Source: Hydrurus foetidus
Lineage: Eukaryota
Direction: 5' to 3'
Assembly: GCA_900617105.1 (NCBI GenBank)
Contig: UYFQ01000759.1
Span: 62,001-93,303, forward strand
Length of the DNA: 31,303 bases
Of this stretch, positions 21,527 through 31,303 are shown piece after piece. Within the stretch, counting starts at the first letter, position 1, and each line of letters starts with the position of its first letter. The position numbers and the translations under genes were made by a program. The notes beneath the pieces were generated by a model. The model did no database searches, was not told the DNA's origin, and saw only the letters and a list, made by a program, of their open reading frames with translations.

Positions 21527-24082
21527 CCAGTGGGGGGCACAACCGTCCTCAGGGCACAACCGTCCCCGTACGTGAATACCGGAACCCTCGGACCTCATCA
21601 TCATGTTCTTGCAACTTTCTATCGTTTCTGCATGTAATATCACAATTCTTCCTAACTCAGTATGAGTGTTCGTCTTCTCAATCCATGGGGCAAATTTGTT
21701 CCAAATTTGGCGAAGTCGTTGCTGACTATTCCGCAAAAGCAATGGCTTGTCGATGAAATCATCCACCATGGCAAAAGTGCTGCAGAAGTTGGTGCGAAAT
21801 ACTCGCTGAGTAGGAACACCATCTCAAAATGGGTTAGTAAGTGTCGTAAGGGTTCGATTCTGCATGAAAAGGGCGGTAGACCAGAAGTTGTCACCTTGCC
21901 GATCGAGACTGAGCTCCGTCGTCGAGTGACTGGAGGCATCCACAACATCACGACAGCAGATTTTGAGACCGCATCGTGAAAATGTCGTAGCTACCACCAA
22001 AACTGCTGAATGTTCAGTGCGTCCGATATCTAGACGATCAGTTGGTCGTTTAAAGACGAAGCTGAAGCTGAAGAAGGCTAAGGCAGAGCAGACAACAGAT
22101 GCTCGTGCTCTTGCTACAGCTGATAAGCTGAACTCAGTTTCGATTGCTGCTGCTCACTACCTGATGGTACCACTGACATCACCGCACTTGATGATCAATG
22201 CTGATGGCACATCTTATGCCACTGGAGGTGGTTTGACATCTGGTATCGACGTGTACTTTCTGGAAGACAGTCAAAAGGGTGCTACACTGAAGGTCCCTGC
22301 ACAGAAGGACAAAACACTCACAAGCTATTTCATCAAGTACTACATGTGCATGACAGCGACTGGTGTCACAGCAGCACCAATATATATATGTGCTGATGAG
22401 AACATGAAGGAAGGGACCATCGATGTCCACGAGATTCCTGGACTAGGCATAGGTCAAGATATCACCGCAACAGGATGGGTTGTTTTTTCGAAGACACGAT
22501 CAGTCAACGAAGAATTCTACAGATGGTGGTTCACGACTATCTTCACAAAGTTTGTGTGATTTGAGGTGCACATATGATTTGTGTGATGAAGTACCAGCAT
22601 ACTTCAACCTTGATGGTGAGGACGTGCAGATCAAACCGTTTAAGTCGCCAGCTATCCAAGCCTTGTGCAAGGAAATGAACATCATCATCGGGAAACCGCC
22701 TGCATCGACTACATCAATCTCTCAACCGTGTGATGCAGGCAAAGTTTTCATGGCCTCAAAGACAAAGAACAAGCACATCAAGAGAGTCAAAGACATTCCC
22801 CAGGCAGCTATGAACACAAAGCTACGACAGATGCTGCTCGATCACGATGCAATCACCGGTAAAAAGTTCAAGTCCCACCACATCAAGAGCCTCATTCTGG
22901 GGCTGCAGATAGTGCAGTATATACTGCAAACAACATTGAGAAAAGATACCATCATGGATTCCTTTGAAATCACGGGGCAGTACATGAAGGCGACGGGCAA
23001 GTGCAGCGTCGAAAAAATCCTAGGGCAGTGCAAGCAAGCATTCACAACAGAGGAGGTAACCAAAGTGTGGTCCCTCCTACCCACCCTTTGTGATGTTCTG
23101 AAGCTCAGAGGAGAGCTTCAAGAAAAGGACTTTTTGCCATTGGGCATGAGCGGCGAGACACCAGCGGGGAAGAAGTCCCGAGACGAGCTGGTACTCAACC
23201 GTCGCCGCTTTTGTTTTTTGACTCACCCCTCACTCGTCATGCGTGAAGCACAGAAAGCCGACGAGAAAGGAGCGGTCTTAGGAGATAGAGCACTGAAAGC
23301 TGCTAAAAGAAAGTCTGACGCGGAGGCGAGAAGACTTAATCCTCCGGCAAAGAAAGCGAGAAGAAATGCTGCGGTAGCTGTAGTCGCACATGTAGCTATT
23401 TGAATTTACTGGTGCTTTTAGAGCAAAAAACCATCATGCATTGAGTACCAACATGTACTGTGAGTGAATATCGACTTTTTACTCTAATATCTCAAAAATC
23501 ATGAATACATGAGGATGATAAGTGACAAATTTAGCGACGTCAAATCTACAACATGTAAATACCGCTAACTAAAAAAGTAGTGGCCCTCCTTGGCTTCCAA
23601 GCAGTTCTCCAAGCTCCCAGAAGTATCCTGCAACTGCTCGAACCTTAAAATCAAATTGGAGTAGTGTTTTGAGAAAGTTAGGGGATGGATGATTTTTACC
23701 TGAAAAAATGACAGATACGAGATCTCGATTATGGCATATGCGCAGCATATTTACCAGCTTTCTCGGCGAAACAATCCTCTTAGCTACGGTAAAATTGAAC
23801 TGCCGGAGTGTCCAGCGGCAATTCTTCCATCCGCTGCTTCTTTTGCAACTGAATTCGAATCGAAAATTTGGAGGTCGTGGTTAAAGCGTTCAAATCAGGA
23901 AAAAAAGCGCGCAAATTAAGTGATAAATTTTCAAGCACTCCCAGAACTGCCCTGTCGTTTCTCACCTAGTGGTACTCTCAGAATTTTGGAGTGATACCTG
24001 TAGCCAATGTTGTGCTGCTGTGCTTGAACGCTGCATACAGTGTTGAGTAACGGTAGACGGGGACGGTTGTGCCCCCCACTGG
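21527..24082 (+). mobile_element. pogo-like (IS630-Tc1-mariner) DNA transposon, 2556 bp
   Basis: Perfect 22-bp TIRs CCAGTGGGGGGCACAACCGTCC (21527-21548 and 24061-24082), flanked by GATA on both sides; encloses a DDD transposase. Confidence 0.9.
21662..23403 (+). pseudogene. pogo-like DDD transposase (about 580 aa) split by two frameshifts near 21973 and 22556
   Basis: HTH (SAAEVGAKYSLSRNTISKW) and GGRP, then INADGT, FNLDGE and PPASTTSISQPCDAG, giving D-D39-D spacing over three overlapping ORFs. Confidence 0.85.
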
Positions 24083-24086
24083 GATA

Positions 24087-24143
24087 CAAAAACAAAAACA
24101 AAAACCCAAAAACCCAAAAAACCAAAAACCCAAAAACCCAAAA
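24087..24143. repeat. (AAAAACCC)n-like telomere-like tract
   Basis: Direct reading. Confidence 0.85.
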
Positions 24144-24186
24144 TCCAGTCCATTGGTTTGGGTCAAAATTTGAGACAGCGTCACTG

Positions 24187-27100
24187 GGCCGCGCAGTATT
24201 AAGTTAAATAAACGCGTCACCAAAAAAAAGCTCTAGGGGGGGATATTGGCAAAAGTTTCATTTTTTTCAAAAGTTTTTCATTTTGCCCAGCGATGAATAT
24301 TTGAAAGCTATTTCTTCTACCCGACTGTGTTGGCAGTTATTGTCGTGCAGAAAAACAGGAAAAATGTCTACCAGTGACGAGAATAAAGTTAATTATATTT
24401 TTTTCAAGTTTTTTTTTTTTGTTCAGCGCTTTCATATCAGCAACAGTTAGCTTATTCTTGAAATCATTACAGCTAAGAGATGAAAAATCACCCGGACCAT
24501 GCATCAATTGAAAAGTATCATCTGCATCACAAATAAGATTACTGTTGGTAGTTTTCTTACTTCTTGCATTCCTTTTCTTAGATCCCACAACTAAATCCGA
24601 CTCTACAACATCCGGTTCACTATCTAAATCATCTTCATGTACATTATCGTCATCATCATCATTCCTATCGTTGTCATTGTTCTCAACTATTTCATTTCCC
24701 TCCTCCTCATTAGGCTTCGCATGATCATCTTTCGCTTTTTTATTCATTTTTCTCTTTGCTATGACTGTGAAAGCTTTAGTCAGCCATCCCTTACCGTGAC
24801 ACTGTTTACACAAAGGATAGTGATTTATGACTGGTGTTTCATCAGAACTGTCCCCGCACACATAGCAAGTTTTCTTGTGATTGTCAAACTTGTAGATTTT
24901 TTCTTCAATTGGGTGCATGCAACATAAGGCTAAATTGCCCACGTATGTTGGAATGTACGGGCGGTAAGATCTTTTATCTATTGTTCTCTTCTCAGCAGTA
25001 TTGTCCAAGAAGTTGATTGAAGCTGCTAGCTCAGAAAAGTCTGTGCCGCATGTATACTTAGACGATTGATTCTCGAGAAAATCATGCACCAGGTCTTTAT
25101 CAGTCCCTTTTAGCTTTGCTCCGCCACCAATAACATAAACCGGACGTGGCTTACCGCAACTTTTGCATCTCACAGTTGTAAGGATGTTGTTAACAACACA
25201 TAGTGTGCTTGAAGAAATTTCTGCTCCTTTAGTGTTGACTGGTGGCACAATCCACTTAACTTTTGCTTCCATGACTGTTAAAGTTAGTACGTACTTGTCC
25301 ATTGCATTCGGTTCACCTCTATCGATGAGTGCTTGAGCTTCACTGTATGGCAAGTAAGGAGCCTCTGCGCTAGTATCATTAGAGGACTTATTGGGACGAG
25401 GCAGGAAGTTCGAGGTAGCAAACTCCGATAGTAGCTGCACAGGTCTTCTGCAACCGAACGGACATGTTGGATGGATCGTTGGCTCTAACAAGTCCGGGTC
25501 TCTTCCTGCCCGTATCTCCTCATTCGCCAAGATCTGCCAACATACTGCCTTAACCTCAAACATGTACGCTGAAGACGAGCAATGAGTTCTTAAGAACTCA
25601 GTCATACTCTTTGGTCTCGCAAGCTGCTCCTTGCAACGGGCGGAACTGAAAACGTCCGACTTGTCGTAAGTGGATGGGATGAACTCACCAAGCGCAGGAT
25701 CGAAGGTGGAGAGAATTTGCACAAATTGAAGCAATTCATTTTTTTCAGCTATATAACCTCCTTGTATGTTTCTCTCGTCCCATACTTGGTTGAGGAACCG
25801 GCCTGTCATTTCACGACACGCTGTACTAATAGATATACTAGCTGCATCATGGAACTTAACGTTATTCTCCAGTCTCTCGCGAAGGTGTGCATTATTTTTT
25901 GACGACCTCCAGTGCTGTTCTAGCCACTTCGAGGAGTTTTCTTCGTCTTCGTCGCTGGCAGATGCAGAAGCTGATTGCATGCCTTGCGGTGCTGACATAG
26001 TAGGTCTTGTAAAACACATAGAGTATAATGCCAGATTTAGTACAGACATCACTCTTTCAATTTCGTTGGTCCATGAATTCTGTGGGCAAGAGCGACCAAC
26101 CACTAGCTGATCAAAAATCAAATTTCTCCAGAGCAGAACCAAGGCGATTTGGACTGATGTAAATGTTATGTTATGCTCTGGGCCACCATCTGTTAACAGT
26201 ATGCCAATCGTCTTGGATGTTGGTATCTCTCTCTTTAACAATGCGCTCAATTCCGTGTGTGCTCTAACAACAGTGCTGGGCTGAAGTATACTGCTTTTGA
26301 CAGCTACAAAAACTTCACCCTTGTAGAAAGAATCACTTGAGTCATCTGGAATATCTGTCAACAAGGTGACAGTTGGGACGGCATTGTCCCTACTTGAGCC
26401 TGCGTCATGATCTCCACCAGCGAAAAGAGTCTTATGACCAGTGCCAGAAATTGGATGAAGCGTCGGTCTACTACGTTCCGTAGCAAGAGCTTGACGGTCT
26501 GGTTCACCTATAGGTACCTGACAATACATGATATATTCTTTGTGAATACATATTGTATTTTATATTTCATTTCATATACATTATACTATATATCAATATA
26601 TATATCATTTTTGAATACGAACACTGACCTTATTTTTATCATCTACTTGGATGAATATCGCTGCCTCTTTGTTATCGATGGCAAATTGTTTTAAAAAGTT
26701 ATTTGTCATCTATTACGAATGAATAAATAAATACAATTATTAATTTGATGACAGTAATAACAACATCAATTATTATTAAACCGTAATGACAATAATAATA
26801 ATGACAATGACAATTATTGCAATCATAACAATAATGACAACAATAATAGTAATGATTACATTACATGAGTATAATTGAAGTCAGGATGTTTTACATGATT
26901 TGATCTGCCAGACATGGCAAGTTTGAATTGAAGAGATGAATAAAATCTCTCTGATTTACCGATGTACTCGTTCTTAGGAGATAGTTGTTTTGCGAGATAA
27001 TCATAGGATGGAATATTTCTTGCGACCTCATCAACATCAACAACATTATTTTCATCTGTAAAATGCTCTTCAACTTGATGTGAGACAAGACGCCACAACT

Positions 27101-30100
27101 CGGCTATTGACGTCACATGCTCCACTTCCTCCACTATGCCATGCCGTTTTGCTAGCGCACCGCTTACTCGTTTCCTGCATAGGTCGTGGCATAACTTGAA
27201 GAAGAAATCGAATCTAGATCTCTTTTCCGCTACTGCACATATATCTAAAATAACCGAACTACTCACTTGACCACCAGAAAGAATATTTGAGGCCAAATCA
27301 TTCTCTATTCTTATTTCATTTGTTTTTCTTTTATTAAGAATATTCTGCAATTTTTTTGTCACTGACTGAATACCATGACCTTCAATAGTTGACGCTAAGA
27401 CGTCCTCTATGTCATTCTTCATGTATGTTAATGCTTCACATGCTATATTGTTTGATATTTCTTTTTGAATTATTTCAATTTTTCTAAGAACTGCAGAATC
27501 CGGCATATTCATTTCATTCGGAATTGCAACTATATATCTTATGTACCTGAGGTCGCTTTCATTTTCACGCATCATCATTATGTATGGACGTCCGAAATGT
27601 GCACCAGGACTTTTTGCTATCAATGCTTCGTAGCATTTGAATCGAGAGCGCCTTTCGTTTGGCTCAAATTCATGTAACGGAAGATATTCGAACTCCCCTA
27701 GTGATTGGAATGCACTAGCCGCAGCTCTGTATTTTTTGTCAATTTTTCCTATTACTTTCTGATTTACTACCTCCATTGTTAATGAGTTCGCAAAGGAGAA
27801 ATTATTCGTGCCAATTAAATCTTCTCTCAAAGATCTGTTTTCTGTTGCCTTAACATTTCTTATTTTTTGTTTATTTGTTCCGATAATTTGCTGCAGAAAC
27901 CATTTGCTTAGGTAGTCTAATCTACGACGTACTTCGGGCCAAGGGGGCGAGACACAATGCTGAATAAGTTGTGAATCGAGTATTCTGCGAATCACTCCTA
28001 GGACAGTCTGACATCCTACAAGAACATAATTAGTTTTCATCAGGAAGAAAGATTGGAAAAATAATTATATTTTTTTATGTTTCACTAACCTTCCTGATTT
28101 AAGTTGTTCTCCTCATCATTCGTGGAATAAGGCCTCTTCGAATCAGGAAAAAATGCAGCAAAAATCGAGCATGACTGAATCTTCGAATCAATTTTTATAA
28201 TTTCAGACCATCTAAAATTCAATTTCGTCAACAGAAGAGAGAATAGGGTAATAAATTTGTACACGCAGTGATCTGCGTTTTGTACAACATCCATCTTGTA
28301 TAAGACACCGTTCGCACCGAAAAGCAATTCCACGGTGCTGTTCCACTGCACTTCAACATACGGCTGGTGAGAAGATTTCCCCGACGATAAATCACACCAT
28401 TCCGAGTAAAGTAAAGGGAGGAGAGTTCCCCGTTGGTTAGACTCTTGTTGTTGTAAAGCGATTTTCTTATCGATAGGCGACTGAAAGATATGGAATAGCG
28501 CTCCAGTATCCCCACGACCTGGTTTAGCGATGCTGGCCTTCGGCTGTAGGAAAAATGTAACGTCTATAAGTGGGTCAAATCCTGAGCAAAAATCGTTCCA
28601 AAGAATATCGAAAGTTCGGACATCAATTCGGCGTTGCTGGCGTCCATATTTTTCTATCCCAAAGAATCGTGCGTGTTTCAATCCTCTAGATATTAAGCCT
28701 TCGTCAGACATGCCTGGCATAACAAGATGAAAAGTTGCTGAACAAAAGTAGACGAAAGCATCAAGAATCGAGTCCTCCGGCGTAAAAGATGTCACACTGA
28801 GGTGAAAAACAGGAGATGCAGATTCCCCTATATCCATGTCAACAATTGCGATCTGGTAAAGAACCATTTCTCAGACTGTGATTTCTTCGCAGTGACTGAA
28901 GAGATATGATTTCTGGCTTGTTCTTCGGAGTTGCGATCAATGAGCCAAACCTATGATTAACACTTGTAAACGTTACCGTCGATATCAATGTTGCATTTTA
29001 ACGGTTTATTTTTTACGGAAACATGTTTCACATTATTTGCCTTATCGTGAGCTATAAAGCATCAGTGTTGTCAACGCTTCAATAAAAATTCTCTCCATTG
29101 TAGGAAGTAATTTCTGCACAAAATCTGGAATTTGATTCATACTGTACTATATTTGCAGCAATTCACTTTAGGAGGGGTACCTCGTTTGAGTGCCACCTTA
29201 TAACACCATCCAGCTATCACTTGAAAAGTTGATTCCAACAGAAAACAATGATTCTTAATTATATTTTTAACATCTAAATAACTATCTGCGTCGAAAGGGT
29301 TGCTACCCTCCTACACCCCACCCCACCCCACCTAGCTATCAGTGAAGACGATGATTCCCACTGATAGCCAGGATTTGCATCATCGTCTAACGAGGGCGAC
29401 AGTATCAACCTAAAATTGGATTGGAGACGAAACTTTAGCAATCTGGAGTGTATTTTCTGCGATGAGGACATCAATATTCATGCTTTTAAAATACTATCTA
29501 AAACCATCAGGGTAAAAAAAAAATGCCGATTGGAATTGAGGTCGGATGGAGCTGATCAGAGTTCGCAGAAACGATTTAAGACCCCACAGGAGATCATGTG
29601 CAAAACGTCAGCAGCTCAGTCAAATTGTTCACTGTGATGCAGACAAATTAGTCGTCTAAATTTAGGCATCCAAAATAATGACACAATCTTCGAAATGTCA
29701 TCAATCCCACCTTCCAGGACGATAATTCAGCCCGAAGCCTCATCAGAACACCTCAAATGCCGATCTTCTCCGAGGAAACGATCTCAATCAGTTTGGGGAG
29801 AGAAATCGAAGGATGAGAAAAATTCGTCACGATTCGAGATTTTGGCAAAGCACAGGGAAATGGTTTTGAAGATTCGGAGCAGGCTGAAATTCATGCACCT
29901 GATAATTAGAGCATGCTGGACCAGGAATCAATCGCCAGAAGGTCCTCAACTGCAGAAATGAATGTGCTCTGTCGTCGTGTTGGGATGCTGATTGTCACTT
30001 CGGTATGAGACGCAGAGTTGGGATTACCCGTACGAACTCTTCGAAGCGTACGTAGAAGGTCCGAATTTTCTACCAAAATTAGGTGCTTTTTCATTCTTTT

Positions 30101-30283
30101 TGGTTTCTGCGTAAGAAGGTCCCACTCTAGCTTGGATCTTGGTGAAGCCCTTGCACCTTGCAGATCCAGAAGAGTCATGAAAGAAGGATAATTTGCATTT
30201 TTCAAAACTTTTGTACTTTTCAAAAAGTTTTGCCAGAAAATCTTAGGGGGTGACGCGTTTATTTAACTTAATACTGCGCGGCC
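24187..30283 (-). mobile_element. Zator-superfamily DNA transposon, 6097 bp
   Basis: Perfect 35-bp TIRs GGCCGCGCAGTATTAAGTTAAATAAACGCGTCACC (24187-24221 and 30249-30283), GG...CC termini, and a 3-bp duplication CTG (24184-24186 and 30284-30286). Confidence 0.9.
24337..28867 (-). CDS. Zator transposase, predicted 1396 aa; exons 28867-28090, 28015-26865, 26709-26629, 26517-24337
   Basis: Three phase-consistent GT-AG introns (74, 155 and 111 bp). Motifs VDDKNK|VPIGEP, GDHD, LTDGGPEH and PQNSWTNEIERVMSVLNLAL give D-D43-E spacing. C-terminal Cys cluster CKSCGKPR..YTCG..C.HPIE..CYVCG..PLCKQC. Exon 1 and the start codon are less certain. Confidence 0.85.
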
Positions 30284-30304
30284 CTGCACATTTGTACACA
30301 AACC

Positions 30305-30599
30305 GAGGGGGTATATAAAGAGAGGGGACACAAGCAACCAACCGGCCCACTCACACAATTCTCACCAACCTCTCGCCTGATTTTTTCAAAACCCAAATAC
30401 CACGGCGGTCAGCGATCACAGTTGTTGGGAAACATTGACTGTGCCAATTTGATCAAAGTGCGGTTTGATTTGATAGATTTCCACCTGATTAGGTAATGTC
30501 CAAGACGAGATGGTATTTCAACTCTGAGTGAGAGTTTGGTGAGAATCGTGTGAGTGGGCCGGTTGGTTGCTTGTGTCCCCTCTCTTTATATACCCCCTT
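30305..30599. mobile_element. Mutator-like MITE with ~70-bp TIRs
   Basis: AGGGGGTATATAAAGAGAGGGGACACAAGCAACCAACCGGCCCACTCACAC... (30306 to about 30374) is mirrored at about 30530-30598. Flanks ACACAAACC and GCACGAACC match 7/9, a possible decayed 9-bp TSD. Superfamily assignment is tentative. Confidence 0.75.
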
Positions 30600-31303
30600 G
30601 CACGAACCATAAAATAGTCGGTACATATACTTAGAACAAGTATGGCGTGCCAAAGGTGTTTTTATTATTTTCACCGTTTTCCCGAGGATCCCGTATTTTT
30701 CTTTCTCCGCTCCTACCCTCGCATCTCCAAACTCCAAACCATCATACTCCTCTCAACTCATAGCACTGTAGAAAATGCAGCTTCACTCCAGTTGGAGAAG
30801 TGAATCAGCAGTTCCTCAAGATGCCTATCATAGCAGCTATAGCCGCTACTCCTACCTTTGGAAATTTTCATCACGAGAGAAATCAAGCATCCCGAAGACT
30901 CATGAAAACAGGAGATTTCACCATCTCCAAACCATACAGAGTATCTGCGACAGCAGGTAAGACTCTTCTAACGCTTGATTCTTGCTTGAACATGCACAAA
31001 AATCTAGCTACTGAACTTTAATACGTCAAAGGCTGACGCCAAATGTTCCATTCCACCGAAAATTTTTGATGCCATTTTTGTCTAAAAAAATAGTTCCTCT
31101 CTATTTTGCAACTGAGCCGCTCAATTCACACGAAATTCTGTCATGATGCTTGCAAATTCTTAGCGTCTCATGTATTATGTGGCATTTGCTGTTATAGTTA
31201 CAAGCGTTCATAAACATCACCTCAATATCACCACCACTTTTGCAAATATCTCGCGGATTATTGCTCTGCTGATAGAATAGAATATTGTGGTCATTACATT
31301 ACA

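Noticed and set aside
23420..23965. Possible second, antisense gene in the pogo-like element
   Set aside because: Only short frames; I could not build a consistent spliced model or find a motif.
30775..31021. Possible first exon ending at CAG|GTAAG near 30956
   Set aside because: Frame is ambiguous, no recognisable domain, and no downstream exon is identifiable in the window.
1..31303. CRISPR arrays, tRNA or rRNA genes, prokaryotic operons
   Set aside because: None seen; the repeats are transposon termini or simple repeats and the genes are spliceosomal.

Overview
Eukaryotic genomic DNA with GT-AG introns and pyrimidine-rich acceptors; a protist, possibly a stramenopile, is a weak guess. 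There are two host genes, arranged divergently. One is a RecQ/BLM-like helicase (minus strand, ATG 5137, 3 exons, running off the left edge). The other is a 16-exon, 526-aa protein with two atypical LIM domains and a C-terminal galactose-binding-like domain (10837-18269). Between them lies a 4995-bp element with split direct repeats (A1...B1-A2-B2), a decayed tyrosine-recombinase (YR) relic and a shared GAA crossover core, consistent with a non-autonomous Ngaro/PAT-type YR retroelement. From about 19.5 to 30.6 kb is a nested transposon cluster: two TA-flanked MITEs, stacked excision-footprint-like motifs, a small hairpin element, an 818-bp insertion, a pogo-like DDD transposon with a non-TA target duplication, an apparently intact intron-containing Zator transposon and a Mutator-like MITE. 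The main observation is that the split-repeat element and the unrelated 818-bp insertion, 10 kb apart, both interrupt the same motif, GGGTCTTYAT-GAA-CCCTGAGGGATA, at the same GAA. This suggests a site-specific YR system that targets the terminal inverted repeat of another small element. All calls come from manual reading; no database searches were run.
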